Source: Escherichia coli (lineage in GTDB: Bacteria; Pseudomonadota; Gammaproteobacteria; Enterobacterales; Enterobacteriaceae). Taken from it: a DNA stretch of 64,000 nt. Location of the stretch: assembly GCF_003334405.1 (NCBI RefSeq), contig NZ_QOWM01000003.1; one strand, written 5' to 3'. Made by a program: the position numbers and the translations under genes. Positions 30,350-41,973 of the stretch are shown here, piece by piece. Position 1 is the first letter of the stretch, and each line of letters begins with the position of its first letter. Below the pieces are notes generated by a model. The model did no database searches. It was given only the letters and a program-made list of their open reading frames with translations, and was not told the DNA's origin.

Positions 30350-30679
30350 ATGATGAAGAAAACATTACTTCTTTGTGCGTTTCTTGTTGGGCTGGTAAGC
30401 AGCAATGTAATGGCATTGACTCTGGATGAAGCCAGAACTCAGGGGCGGGTAGGTGAAACATTTTACGGTTATCTGGTTGCGCTGAAAACGGATGCTGAAA
30501 CAGAGAAATTAGTAGCCGACATTAATGCCGAACGTAAAGCGAGTTACCAACAACTGGCAAAGCAAAATAATGTGTCGGTAGATGATATCGCGAAACTCGC
30601 CGGGCAAAAGCTCGTAGCTCGGGCCAAACCGGGGGAATATGTACAAGGGATAAACGGTAAATGGGTGCGAAAATTTTAA
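30350..30679 (+). CDS. ydbL: DUF1318 periplasmic protein YdbL
   Basis: 109 aa from MMKKTLLLCAF signal peptide, 4 nt after the ynbE stop. Confidence 0.8.
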   Translation: MMKKTLLLCAFLVGLVSSNVMALTLDEARTQGRVGETFYGYLVALKTDAETEKLVADINAERKASYQQLAKQNNVSVDDIAKLAGQKLVARAKPGEYVQGINGKWVRKF

Positions 30680-30850
30680 TAGCAAAACCGCAATATCGGG
30701 ATAACGCTACAGGAGAAGGCGATTGATCTATTTTCCTGAAACAAGGTGAATATTCAAAAACTCCTGTCAAATTGCCTTTTGCCCTGAAAAATGCATAGTC
30801 AAATATCTGTTTTAACTAATTGGCGTTGCAGTACATGCAACGCCAATTAG

Positions 30851-31756
30851 TTAGCGGAATTTACGTCGATACTCGCCTGGCGTCATCCCAAAGCGTTGCT
30901 TAAATACCGTTGAAAAATGACTCTGGTCAGAAAATCCCCAATGAAAGCCGATGCCTGCCAGTTTTTCATCATCTGCGGCATGGCGAATCGCATCTGCACA
31001 AAAATCGAGACGACGGTTACGAATATATTGCGCGACTACCAAACCTTTATCGGCAAACATTCGGTACAAACTACGTACTGACATACCTGTCTCTCCGGCT
31101 ATCCACTCCGGGCGTAATATCTCTTCGCGAATATTATCGTCTATCAACGTAACCACTTTTTGAAACTGACGTTCACGACGAGGTTGAACAGATTCCCGCT
31201 GATGAAGTACCGGGCGCAGCAGACACACCATCGCCTGTAGCGCAGCTTCACTTTCTGTTTCAGAAAGTGCCGGATTATTCATGCTCTCCTGTAACAGGCG
31301 ATGACTGAGTTGCACCATGGGTAAGTCAGCGTCCAGTCTTTCTGCGCAGACAGGTTTTTGATGGGGAAAATATTGTTCCAGCAGAGTGCGTGGCAAAAGT
31401 AATGAAATCTGTTTAGAAGACTCCTGCCAGTAAAGCGAACAGGGGCGTGAGGCATCGAGTAACGTAATATCGCCAGCGCCAATCTGCACCTGACGCTCAT
31501 CCTGCTCCATTATTGCCTGACCACTAAGCTGAAAAACGGTGTAAAACCAGGCATCGTCGCTGCCTTTTACTTCCTGCCAGGTGCGGGATAAATTCACCCC
31601 GCTGGTTGTCACGGTACTCAGCTTTAGTCCTTTGGCAAAATGCGTGTCCAGTACACCCGTGTAACGCTCAGTCAGCAGGCGTCCGGTAAAATTTCCGCAT
31701 ACCTGATTGATTTGGGAAAGCCATTGCTGAAACTCATTATCCACTGCGGGGTTCAT
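30851..31756 (-). CDS. feaR: AraC-family activator of tynA/feaB
   Basis: 301 aa with C-terminal AraC-type HTH. Confidence 0.9.
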   Translation of the reverse strand: MNPAVDNEFQQWLSQINQVCGNFTGRLLTERYTGVLDTHFAKGLKLSTVTTSGVNLSRTWQEVKGSDDAWFYTVFQLSGQAIMEQDERQVQIGAGDITLLDASRPCSLYWQESSKQISLLLPRTLLEQYFPHQKPVCAERLDADLPMVQLSHRLLQESMNNPALSETESEAALQAMVCLLRPVLHQRESVQPRRERQFQKVVTLIDDNIREEILRPEWIAGETGMSVRSLYRMFADKGLVVAQYIRNRRLDFCADAIRHAADDEKLAGIGFHWGFSDQSHFSTVFKQRFGMTPGEYRRKFR

Positions 31757-31991
31757 GGCACGTTTTCGCTCTGTGAAATGTATTTTTATTGTTGCATTTG
31801 TGTTGCAATAAACGAAGCTAATGAGCCTGACTATAGGAAATAAGTCTTGTCAGGCATAGAGACATAAGCGGTTATTGTCACGATTTGCGGAGCTTGTCAC
31901 AGCTGACAAAGCGAATGTCACAGCGAAAAAAGTGACTTTTCTTGTCGCTGCGTACACTGAAATCACACTGGGTAAATAATAAGGAAAAGTG

Positions 31992-33491
31992 ATGACAGAG
32001 CCGCATGTAGCAGTATTAAGCCAGGTCCAACAGTTTCTCGATCGTCAACACGGTCTTTATATTGATGGTCGTCCTGGCCCCGCACAAAGTGAAAAACGGT
32101 TGGCGATCTTTGATCCGGCCACCGGGCAAGAAATTGCGTCTACTGCTGATGCCAACGAAGCGGATGTAGATAACGCAGTCATGTCTGCCTGGCGGGCCTT
32201 TGTCTCGCGTCGCTGGGCCGGGCGATTACCCGCAGAGCGTGAACGTATTCTGCTACGTTTTGCTGATCTGGTGGAGCAGCACAGTGAGGAGCTGGCGCAA
32301 CTGGAAACCCTGGAGCAAGGCAAGTCAATTGCCATTTCCCGTGCTTTTGAAGTGGGCTGTACGCTGAACTGGATGCGTTATACCGCCGGGTTAACGACCA
32401 AAATCGCGGGTAAAACGCTGGACTTGTCGATTCCCTTACCCCAGGGGGCGCGTTATCAGGCCTGGACGCGTAAAGAGCCGGTTGGCGTAGTGGCGGGAAT
32501 TGTGCCATGGAACTTTCCGTTGATGATTGGTATGTGGAAGGTGATGCCAGCACTGGCAGCAGGCTGTTCAATCGTGATTAAGCCTTCGGAAACCACGCCA
32601 CTGACGATGTTGCGCGTGGCGGAACTGGCCAGCGAGGCTGGTATCCCTGATGGCGTTTTTAATGTCGTCACCGGGTCAGGTGCTGTATGCGGCGCGGCCC
32701 TGACGTCACATCCTCATGTTGCGAAAATCAGTTTTACCGGTTCAACCGCGACGGGAAAAGGTATTGCCAGAACTGCTGCTGATCACTTAACGCGTGTAAC
32801 GCTGGAACTGGGCGGTAAAAACCCGGCAATTGTATTAAAAGATGCTGATCCGCAATGGGTTATTGAAGGCTTGATGACCGGAAGCTTCCTGAATCAAGGG
32901 CAAGTATGCGCCGCCAGTTCGCGAATTTATATTGAAGCGCCGTTGTTTGACACGCTGGTTAGTGGATTTGAGCAGGCGGTAAAATCGTTGCAAGTGGGAC
33001 CGGGGATGTCACCTGTTGCACAGATTAACCCTTTGGTTTCTCGTGCGCACTGCGACAAAGTGTGTTCATTCCTCGACGATGCGCAGGCACAGCAAGCAGA
33101 GCTGATTCGCGGGTCGAATGGACCAGCCGGAGAGGGGTATTATGTTGCGCCAACGCTGGTGGTAAATCCCGATGCTAAATTGCGCTTAACTCGTGAAGAG
33201 GTGTTTGGTCCGGTGGTAAACCTGGTGCGAGTAGCGGATGGAGAAGAGGCGTTACAACTGGCAAACGACACGGAATATGGCTTAACTGCCAGTGTCTGGA
33301 CGCAAAATCTCTCCCAGGCTCTGGAATATAGCGATCGCTTACAGGCAGGGACGGTGTGGGTAAACAGCCATACCTTAATTGACGCTAACTTACCGTTTGG
33401 TGGGATGAAGCAGTCAGGAACGGGCCGTGATTTTGGCCCCGACTGGCTGGACGGTTGGTGTGAAACTAAGTCGGTGTGTGTACGGTATTAA
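31992..33491 (+). CDS. feaB: phenylacetaldehyde dehydrogenase
   Basis: 499 aa aldehyde dehydrogenase with catalytic Cys region (GQVCAA) and ELGGKNP motif. Confidence 0.95.
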
Positions 33492-33548
33492 TCTGGTTCG
33501 CTCATAAGTAAAAAACGGCACCTGGTGCCGTTTTTTTGTCTGAAACAA

Positions 33549-35822
33549 TCACTTATCTTTCTTCAGCGCCCCTAGCGTTGGCGTTTCGTCAAAGAAGTTC
33601 CATGGTTTCAGCAGAGTATGTACCCATTCGGTCGGCATAATCGGCCACTCTTCGGCGCGGGCCACATGTGTGGTGCCGGTGGTCATCCAGACAACGGCGT
33701 CGGTGTTGTCCAGCGACTCGTTATCCTTACTGTATTGTCCAAGACCGGTGTCATGAGTAGAACGGTTCGGATATTTGCCTTCCGGGAAACGCTCGCCAGG
33801 ATGATAACGCGTTACCCAGAGCTGCTTGTCCATAAAGCTTAAACGATGATAGATCCACTCGTCCGGCGCGAACTGGGCACCTTTTGCTACCGGGTGAGTA
33901 CCACCTGCATAAGGAATAATTTGATAGGAAACCGGATTGCCCATGCGGTTCTCTTTGTTCGGGTTACTCAACAGACGAATCGTGCCCGGATCAAATTTCT
34001 GTGCGGCATCCTGTTCATTGCCGATGTTGTACTGATTAACTTGCATGGTACTGGTGCGTGGGCCACCGGCAGTATTCGGTTTTACCACTGGGTCCATCGC
34101 CACCGGGCTGTTATTCTCGCCATCTACATCCAGATCGAGGAGGAAATTATAAATATGTTGGTGTGTAGTACCCACGATATTGTGATCGATAAGCGTGCCG
34201 TAGCGCGTGTCATCTTTCGCCGTCTCATCGTGCATGGTTTTCGCTTTAACACCTTTCACCGCTTCGATGCCCGTAGCACCGGCATCGATGCCAATAGTGC
34301 CGTTTTCATGGAAGATCCAGTCAAAAATGTAGTCATAGTTACCCACTGTACTGATCCAGCGCACCACTAACTCCCGGCGTTCGGTACTGACGTTGGGCTG
34401 GCCCATTTCCTGATGCTTATACTCCGGCCCGGCATAACGTTCAAATACCGCGATAGCGCGAGGGATCTCCATCGGCACGCCAGTGTAGTCGGCGATGGTT
34501 TCATTAAGGAGCACTGCGTTAGACGGGGCATCTTTACCACGAGCAATTGGTGAGGTTAGCGTGCCCATACCGTAGTCACCAGAGTCCAGATACGCTTTAA
34601 AGTACCAGCCAATATCAGGATCACCGTAAGGCACAATCATGCCGCCGAGAGAACCTTCGTACATGACTTTGCGTTTGGTGCCATTGTCGTTATAAGTCAC
34701 GGTGGAGATCATCGGCCCGACGCGAGAGTTCATGCTGAGGTGAAAATCCCAGTTCCGCCAGTGAATCATATCGCCAGTAATGGTGTAATTTTTACCTTCA
34801 GGCTCAATGATTTGCATAGGCTTAACTGCCGGAGCAACGCGGTCACGGCCATCAAATGGGCGTGCGGTCATTGGCACCGGAACTACCGGACCTTCTTCAA
34901 TCTTAACGATTTTTTTCTGTTCTAAATCAACGACCGCCACCAGGTTTTCGATGGGATGTGCCCAGTAGTTGCCATCACCGACATCAAGATAGCTGATGAC
35001 TTTGAGCAACCGGGCATCTTGTTTCAGGCCATCTTTACCATCGAAATAACCTACGGTCAGCGGCGTGGTAATCACTTTTTTCGCATCAGTAATACCGCGT
35101 TTCTTCACGGCAGCGGCAAATTCTTCACTGTTGTTAATAATGTTCTGCACACTGGCGAAATCATCCAGCAACACCATACCGTGGGCGTCTTTAATGGGTT
35201 GCCAGGAGAGCAGTTTGTTGTTTTGCAGATCCACCACCGCTTCGATGATATGTTTGCCGTCGAGCATAATGACGTCGGCTTTGCGCGGCTGGTCAACCGG
35301 TTTGTTTTCCAGCGCAAACGCCCAGACAGCTTCTTTATCTGGCGGTAGCAGGGAGATCTCAGTAAAACGGGTATTGGGTTTGAAGTCCGCGGAAGCTTTA
35401 ACAATTTCAACGGCCTGTTTAATTTCGTCCGCAGTTAGCGCATTAAGTGGGTGAGGGCGCTTTTCTACCTGAAAGGTTTGATCCAGCCCGGACTGGAAAA
35501 CATCGTTAATAAAGGTGTCAGAAACCCAGGCTTTATTGTCTTTCATCACTACCGGTACTTGCAGTGCCAGAGGCTGACCATTAACAATTGCTGTTTGCGC
35601 ACCAGGCTTCACTTTCACGTACGCGCCATCTTTAATCAGGGTAAAGAGCTGGGCGTAGTCGTCCCACTGCACATCGGCACCAAATTCTTTAAGCGTTTTA
35701 TCCATTGGCACCATATGCGCTTCACCACCGTGGGCAAATACCGGCGCTTGCCAGGCGAAACTTAAGGCGACTGCCAACGCCAGGGTTGTTTTACGGGCAG
35801 AATACAGAGAGGGGCTTCCCAT
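33549..35822 (-). CDS. tynA: periplasmic copper/topaquinone amine oxidase
   Basis: 757 aa from MGSPSLYSARK signal peptide; copper amine oxidase family. Confidence 0.95.
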   Translation of the reverse strand: MGSPSLYSARKTTLALAVALSFAWQAPVFAHGGEAHMVPMDKTLKEFGADVQWDDYAQLFTLIKDGAYVKVKPGAQTAIVNGQPLALQVPVVMKDNKAWVSDTFINDVFQSGLDQTFQVEKRPHPLNALTADEIKQAVEIVKASADFKPNTRFTEISLLPPDKEAVWAFALENKPVDQPRKADVIMLDGKHIIEAVVDLQNNKLLSWQPIKDAHGMVLLDDFASVQNIINNSEEFAAAVKKRGITDAKKVITTPLTVGYFDGKDGLKQDARLLKVISYLDVGDGNYWAHPIENLVAVVDLEQKKIVKIEEGPVVPVPMTARPFDGRDRVAPAVKPMQIIEPEGKNYTITGDMIHWRNWDFHLSMNSRVGPMISTVTYNDNGTKRKVMYEGSLGGMIVPYGDPDIGWYFKAYLDSGDYGMGTLTSPIARGKDAPSNAVLLNETIADYTGVPMEIPRAIAVFERYAGPEYKHQEMGQPNVSTERRELVVRWISTVGNYDYIFDWIFHENGTIGIDAGATGIEAVKGVKAKTMHDETAKDDTRYGTLIDHNIVGTTHQHIYNFLLDLDVDGENNSPVAMDPVVKPNTAGGPRTSTMQVNQYNIGNEQDAAQKFDPGTIRLLSNPNKENRMGNPVSYQIIPYAGGTHPVAKGAQFAPDEWIYHRLSFMDKQLWVTRYHPGERFPEGKYPNRSTHDTGLGQYSKDNESLDNTDAVVWMTTGTTHVARAEEWPIMPTEWVHTLLKPWNFFDETPTLGALKKDK

Positions 35823-36027
35823 TATTAACCTCGTCAGATGTTGTGTTCTTGTTAGCAACCGCGCTCTGTGGGCGGTTTAGTCAGGTTCACATTATCAGTA
35901 CTGATGCAAAGGGGATTGCCTGCACCTGCCAGGTTGTTTGGCAGGTGTGCCAGCTTTTCATACAGTGGATGCCCTGAAAATAGATGTACACATCATGCAT
36001 AATGTGACAACGTCACAAAACTTAGTG

Positions 36028-36059
36028 AAATAAAAGGGCAACTATTCGCCGTTGCCCTT
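36028..36059 (-). terminator. stem-loop terminator downstream of paaZ
   Basis: AAGGGCAAC...GTTGCCCTT inverted repeat with T-rich tail on the minus strand. Confidence 0.5.
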
Positions 36060-36069
36060 CATTCACCGA

Positions 36070-38115
36070 TTAATCGACAAAATCACCGTGCTGCCTGGCC
36101 ACCAGCGTCAGAATTGAATACAGCGCCACCGGGGTTTGATGCTGATTGAATACCTCTACAGCCCATTCCACCACACCTGTTGGTTTTTCTTCTGCGCTAC
36201 GCTGTTTTTTCAGCGTCTTGCGCTTACAGGTGAGACGCACCTGGATGGTATCGCCTGGCTTTACGGGTTCGATAAAACGCAAGCTTTCCAGCCCGTAGTT
36301 AGCAATGACCGGACCGACACCGGCATCGACAAACAGACCCGCAGCCGCAGAAAGCACAAAATACCCATGCACCACCCGCTCACCGAAAATAGATTCGGCA
36401 GCAGCAATCTTATCCATATGTGCATAGAAATGATCGCCGCTGAGGCAAGCAAAGTTAACAATATCGGCCTCTGTCATTGTGCGGCGGGGAGTCAACAGGC
36501 TGTCGCCTGGTTGTAGCTCCTCAAAATATTTGCGGAACGGATGAATACGATCTTCTTCGACTTTCGCACCGCGCACCCACTGTTTACTGATAGCGGCAAG
36601 CATCGTCGGACTACCCTGAACAGCGGTTCGCTGCATGTAATGTTTCACCGCTCGTAAACCGCCTAATTCTTCACCGCCTCCTGCGCGACCAGGCCCACCA
36701 TGTACCAGTTGTGGCAGTGGGGAGCCATGCCCGGTGGATTCTTTTGCCGACTCTTCATTGAGGATCTGAATTCGCCCATGCGTACGTGCCGCGTCGGCAA
36801 TAAACTGACGCGCAATTTGCGGATCAGCCGTCACCAGCGTTCCCGCAAGGCTACCGCCGCCTGCACAAGCCAGTTGCAGAGCATGTCGCTGGTTTTGTGC
36901 TGGCATCAGCGTTGCGACAGGGCCAAAGGCTTCTGTTGCATGTACCGCCGGTGTTTCATCCGGCTGCGGACAGTACAATAAGGTTGGCGGGAAGAAGGCA
37001 CCCGCAGCAGATAAATCCGCCTGACCACCGAGGCGAATCTCGCATCCTGCAGCCAGCAATATGTTCACTTTTTCCTGCACATCGGCACGCTGCTCAGCAT
37101 TTACCAGTGCGCCCATTTTCACGCCTTCCTGAGCAGGATCACCGACCACGACTTTCTGTAATCGCGCAACCAGAGCATCACTGACAGCATTAACCAATGC
37201 CTGCGGCACAATAATCCGCCGGATTGCCGTACATTTTTGCCCGGCTTTTGTGGTCATCTCACGCACAACTTCACGAATAAACAGCGCAAACTCCGGTTGA
37301 TCCGGGGTGACATCTTCGCCCAGTACGCAGCAGTTCAGGGAATCAGCTTCCATAGTGAAGGGGATAGATTTGGCGACGATATTTGGCTGAACTCGCAGCA
37401 TCTGTCCGGTCGCCGCTGACCCCGTGAAAGTCACCACATCCTGGCTGTCCAGATGATCCAACAAGTCGCCAGCACTACCGCAGATCAGACTAATTGCGCC
37501 TTCGGGAACAAGACCACTATCGACAATTGATTTCACCATCGCCTGAGTCAGTTGGGCCGTCGCGGTAGCTGGTTTGATGATGGCTGGCATTCCGCCCAGC
37601 CACGTTGGTGCCAGCTTTTCCAGCATTCCCCAGCAGGGGAAGTTAAAGGCGTTAATATGCACTGCCACGCCTGACTTTGAGGTCAGTAAATGGCGCGCGG
37701 CAAATCCACCTTCTTTCGATAAGGGGATCAATTCATCTTCCGGCCACAGCGTATCGTCAGGCAGCTCCCGGCTACCGAGGCTGGCGTAAGTAAATAACGT
37801 CCCAATGCCACCTTCAATATCAACCCAACTGTCTGCCCGCGTTGCGCCTGTTTGCGCAGAAAGAGCATAGAAACGCTCTTTTTCACTCAGCAGATGTTTA
37901 GCGACCGCTTTAAGCATCGCCGCACGTTCGATAAAGGTCATAGCGCGAAGGGCGGGGGCACCTTTTTCAATGGCAAACTGGCGGGCAGCCGCCATATCAA
38001 GACCTTCACTGGTCACTTCCCATAACGCCTCGCCGCTAATAGCGTGGTGAATCAAACGGCTACGGCCCCGGCCAGACTGCCAGGTACCGGATAAGAAACT
38101 GGCTAACTGCTGCAT
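36070..38115 (-). CDS. paaZ: bifunctional oxepin-CoA hydrolase / 3-oxo-5,6-dehydrosuberyl-CoA semialdehyde dehydrogenase
   Basis: 681 aa; N-terminal aldehyde dehydrogenase plus C-terminal hot-dog hydratase domain; divergent from paaA. Confidence 0.95.
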
Positions 38116-38399
38116 CGCTACTCTCCAGATGTTTCACATTTCTGTTGCTAATAGTTAAATCGCGAATCATAAAAAGCAAGGGATCTTTTAACGAAATGTT
38201 AACTATGCGATCTGTATAGCAACTGCGGAAAACATTAATGCACTGATAAACAATGATTTATAAAAATAGGGTGCGAAATCCGTCACAGTTCAAACATACA
38301 AAATTTGTGATTTTACTTAACTATTGTGTAACTTTCATAAAACAATGTGATTCGTGTTTTTAATTAATTCACGAAAACTGGAATCGTAAAGGTGATGAC

Positions 38400-39329
38400 G
38401 TGACCCAAGAAGAACGCTTTGAGCAACGGATAGCCCAGGAAACGGCTATCGAGCCACAGGACTGGATGCCCGATGCTTACCGAAAGACATTGATCCGCCA
38501 GATTGGGCAGCATGCGCACTCCGAGATTGTTGGTATGTTGCCTGAAGGTAACTGGATCACTCGCGCACCAACCTTGCGGCGTAAAGCCATTCTGTTGGCC
38601 AAAGTGCAGGATGAAGCCGGTCATGGTCTGTATCTCTATAGCGCCGCCGAAACACTGGGCTGCGCCAGAGAAGACATCTACCAAAAAATGCTCGACGGAC
38701 GGATGAAATATTCCTCCATCTTTAATTATCCGACATTGAGTTGGGCTGATATCGGTGTTATCGGCTGGCTGGTGGATGGCGCAGCGATCGTCAATCAGGT
38801 GGCGTTATGCCGCACTTCTTATGGCCCGTATGCCAGAGCAATGGTGAAAATCTGCAAAGAAGAGAGTTTTCACCAGCGTCAGGGGTTTGAAGCCTGCATG
38901 GCACTGGCGCAGGGCAGCGAAGCTCAAAAGCAGATGTTGCAAGACGCCATTAACCGTTTCTGGTGGCCAGCCTTAATGATGTTCGGGCCAAACGATGATA
39001 ACTCGCCAAACAGCGCCAGAAGTCTCACCTGGAAAATCAAACGTTTCACCAACGACGAACTCCGCCAGCGTTTCGTGGATAACACCGTTCCACAGGTTGA
39101 AATGCTCGGTATGACCGTTCCTGACCCGGATCTGCATTTTGACACTGAAAGCGGTCACTACCGCTTTGGTGAGATCGACTGGCAGGAGTTTAACGAAGTA
39201 ATTAACGGTCGCGGAATTTGTAATCAGGAGAGGCTCGACGCCAAACGTAAAGCCTGGGAAGAAGGTACCTGGGTACGGGAAGCAGCGCTGGCCCATGCAC
39301 AAAAACAACATGCCCGTAAGGTCGCATAA
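38400..39329 (+). CDS. paaA: 1,2-phenylacetyl-CoA epoxidase subunit A
   Basis: 309 aa, GTG start; first gene of a colinear paaABCDEFGHIJK operon. Confidence 0.95.
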   Translation: MTQEERFEQRIAQETAIEPQDWMPDAYRKTLIRQIGQHAHSEIVGMLPEGNWITRAPTLRRKAILLAKVQDEAGHGLYLYSAAETLGCAREDIYQKMLDGRMKYSSIFNYPTLSWADIGVIGWLVDGAAIVNQVALCRTSYGPYARAMVKICKEESFHQRQGFEACMALAQGSEAQKQMLQDAINRFWWPALMMFGPNDDNSPNSARSLTWKIKRFTNDELRQRFVDNTVPQVEMLGMTVPDPDLHFDTESGHYRFGEIDWQEFNEVINGRGICNQERLDAKRKAWEEGTWVREAALAHAQKQHARKVA

Positions 39330-39340
39330 GGAGATTCAAA

Positions 39341-39628
39341 ATGAGTAATGTTTACTGGCCGTTATACGAAGTTTTCGTGCGTGGCAAACAGGGCTTATCA
39401 CACCGCCATGTTGGCAGTTTACATGCTGCCGATGAGCGGATGGCACTGGAAAATGCCCGTGATGCTTACACCCGTCGTAGCGAAGGATGTTCAATTTGGG
39501 TGGTGAAGGCGAGTGAAATTGTTGCCTCGCAACCGGAAGAACGCGGTGAATTTTTTGATCCGGCTGAAAGCAAGGTCTATCGCCATCCAACGTTTTACAC
39601 CATCCCTGATGGCATTGAGCACATGTGA
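39341..39628 (+). CDS. paaB: 1,2-phenylacetyl-CoA epoxidase subunit B
   Basis: 95 aa; operon position. Confidence 0.95.
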   Translation: MSNVYWPLYEVFVRGKQGLSHRHVGSLHAADERMALENARDAYTRRSEGCSIWVVKASEIVASQPEERGEFFDPAESKVYRHPTFYTIPDGIEHM

Positions 39629-39636
39629 GGTCGGAA

Positions 39637-40383
39637 ATGAATCAGTTAACGGCTTACACCTTGCGCCTGGGCGATAACTGCCTGGTGCTCTCCCAGCGGT
39701 TGGGTGAATGGTGCGGTCACGCACCGGAACTGGAAATCGATCTCGCACTGGCAAACATTGGCCTCGATTTATTAGGTCAGGCACGCAACTTCTTATCGTA
39801 TGCCGCTGAATTAGCGGGAGAAGGCGATGAAGATACCCTGGCCTTCACCCGAGACGAGCGCCAGTTCAGCAACTTATTGTTGGTTGAACAACCAAACGGC
39901 AATTTTGCCGACACCATTGCACGCCAGTATTTCATCGATGCATGGCATGTGGCGCTCTTTACCCGTCTGATGGAAAGCCGTGATCCGCAACTGGCGGCGA
40001 TTTCTGCCAAAGCAATTAAAGAAGCGCGCTATCACCTGCGTTTTAGTCGTGGCTGGCTGGAGCGACTGGGCAATGGTACTGACGTATCAGGGCAAAAGAT
40101 GCAGCAGGCCATCAACAAGTTGTGGCGTTTTACCGCCGAACTGTTCGATGCCGACGAGATTGATATTGCACTGAGTGAAGAGGGTATTGCGGTTGATCCA
40201 CGCACTTTACGCGCAGCGTGGGAAGCCGAAGTTTTTGCCGGGATCAACGAAGCCACATTGAACGTACCGCAAGAGCAGGCGTATCGCACTGGCGGTAAAA
40301 AAGGACTGCATACCGAACACCTTGGACCCATGCTGGCAGAAATGCAGTATCTCCAGCGTGTCTTGCCCGGTCAGCAATGGTAA
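39637..40383 (+). CDS. paaC: 1,2-phenylacetyl-CoA epoxidase subunit C
   Basis: 248 aa from Met MNQLTAY; operon position. Confidence 0.9.
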   Translation: MNQLTAYTLRLGDNCLVLSQRLGEWCGHAPELEIDLALANIGLDLLGQARNFLSYAAELAGEGDEDTLAFTRDERQFSNLLLVEQPNGNFADTIARQYFIDAWHVALFTRLMESRDPQLAAISAKAIKEARYHLRFSRGWLERLGNGTDVSGQKMQQAINKLWRFTAELFDADEIDIALSEEGIAVDPRTLRAAWEAEVFAGINEATLNVPQEQAYRTGGKKGLHTEHLGPMLAEMQYLQRVLPGQQW

Positions 40384-40397
40384 CAGAGGAGATGGGT

Positions 40398-40895
40398 ATG
40401 CAACGTCTGGCCACCATTGCACCGCCACAGGTTCATGAGATATGGGCGCTACTCAGCCAGATCCCGGACCCGGAGATCCCGGTGCTGACCATTACTGATT
40501 TAGGCATGGTGCGTAATGTGACACAGATGGGAGAAGGATGGGTGATCGGCTTTACGCCGACATATTCCGGTTGTCCGGCAACGGAACATTTGATTGGCGC
40601 GATACGTGAGGCAATGACAACCAACGGGTTTACCCCCGTTCAGGTTGTGCTGCGACTCGACCCGGCATGGACCACCGACTGGATGACCCCCGATGCCCGT
40701 GAGCGTCTGCGAGAGTATGGCATTAGCCCGCCCGCCGGACACAGTTGCCATGCCCATTTGCCGCCAGAAGTACGTTGCCCGCGCTGCGCCAGCGTCCATA
40801 CCACACTTATCAGTGAATTTGGTTCCACGGCCTGCAAAGCATTGTACCGCTGCGATAGTTGCCGCGAACCTTTCGATTATTTCAAATGTATTTGA
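40398..40895 (+). CDS. paaD: phenylacetate degradation protein PaaD
   Basis: 165 aa from Met MQRLATIAPP; operon position. Confidence 0.9.
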   Translation: MQRLATIAPPQVHEIWALLSQIPDPEIPVLTITDLGMVRNVTQMGEGWVIGFTPTYSGCPATEHLIGAIREAMTTNGFTPVQVVLRLDPAWTTDWMTPDARERLREYGISPPAGHSCHAHLPPEVRCPRCASVHTTLISEFGSTACKALYRCDSCREPFDYFKCI

Positions 40896-40902
40896 GGATG
40901 CC

Positions 40903-41973
40903 ATGACAACGTTTCATTCCTTAACAGTGGCAAAAGTCGAGTCGGAAACCCGTGATGCGGTGACCATTACCTTTGCGGTGCCCCAGCCTTTGCAGGAGGC
41001 GTATCGCTTTCGCCCCGGTCAACATTTGACCTTAAAAGCCAGCTTTGATGGTGAAGAATTACGCCGTTGTTACTCCATTTGCCGCAGCTATCTGCCTGGC
41101 GAAATTAGTGTGGCGGTGAAAGCCATTGAAGGCGGACGTTTCTCCCGCTATGCCCGCGAACACATCCGCCAGGGTATGACGCTGGAGGTCATGGTGCCGC
41201 AGGGGCATTTCGGCTATCAGCCGCAGGCCGAACGCCAGGGGCGCTATCTGGCAATTGCAGCAGGATCAGGTATTACGCCAATGCTGGCGATTATCGCCAC
41301 CACTTTACAAACCGAGCCTGAAAGTCAGTTCACCCTGATCTACGGTAACCGTACCAGCCAGAGCATGATGTTTCGCCAGGCACTGGCAGACCTGAAAGAC
41401 AAATATCCTCAGCGTTTACAGTTGTTGTGCATTTTCAGTCAGGAAACCCTCGACAGCGATCTGCTTCACGGGCGTATTGACGGTGAAAAATTACAGTCAC
41501 TTGGGGCCTCGCTCATTAATTTTCGTCTTTATGATGAGGCATTTATTTGTGGTCCGGCGGCGATGATGGATGACGCGGAAACCGCCTTAAAAGCACTGGG
41601 AATGCCAGATAAAACCATTCATCTGGAGCGGTTTAATACGCCTGGCACGCGCGTCAAACGTAGCGTTAACGTGCAAAGTGACGGACAAAAAGTGACTGTA
41701 CGTCAGGATGGGCGGGATCGGGAAATCGTGCTTAATGCCGACGATGAAAGCATTCTCGATGCGGCATTGCGCCAGGGGGCGGATCTGCCCTATGCCTGCA
41801 AAGGCGGCGTCTGTGCGACCTGCAAATGCAAAGTGCTGCGTGGCAAAGTGGCGATGGAAACCAATTACAGTCTGGAACCGGATGAACTGGCCGCAGGTTA
41901 TGTGTTGAGTTGCCAGGCACTGCCGCTGACCAGCGATGTGGTGGTTGACTTTGACGCGAAGGGGATGGCATGA
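40903..41973 (+). CDS. paaE: 1,2-phenylacetyl-CoA epoxidase reductase subunit
   Basis: 356 aa from MTTFHSLTVAK; C-terminal 2Fe-2S ferredoxin Cys motif (CKGGVCATCKC). ORF track starts 70 codons upstream inside paaD. Confidence 0.9.
   Translation: MTTFHSLTVAKVESETRDAVTITFAVPQPLQEAYRFRPGQHLTLKASFDGEELRRCYSICRSYLPGEISVAVKAIEGGRFSRYAREHIRQGMTLEVMVPQGHFGYQPQAERQGRYLAIAAGSGITPMLAIIATTLQTEPESQFTLIYGNRTSQSMMFRQALADLKDKYPQRLQLLCIFSQETLDSDLLHGRIDGEKLQSLGASLINFRLYDEAFICGPAAMMDDAETALKALGMPDKTIHLERFNTPGTRVKRSVNVQSDGQKVTVRQDGRDREIVLNADDESILDAALRQGADLPYACKGGVCATCKCKVLRGKVAMETNYSLEPDELAAGYVLSCQALPLTSDVVVDFDAKGMA

Noticed and set aside
33618-35977. Plus-strand ORFs inside tynA
   Set aside because: Antisense to the amine oxidase frame.
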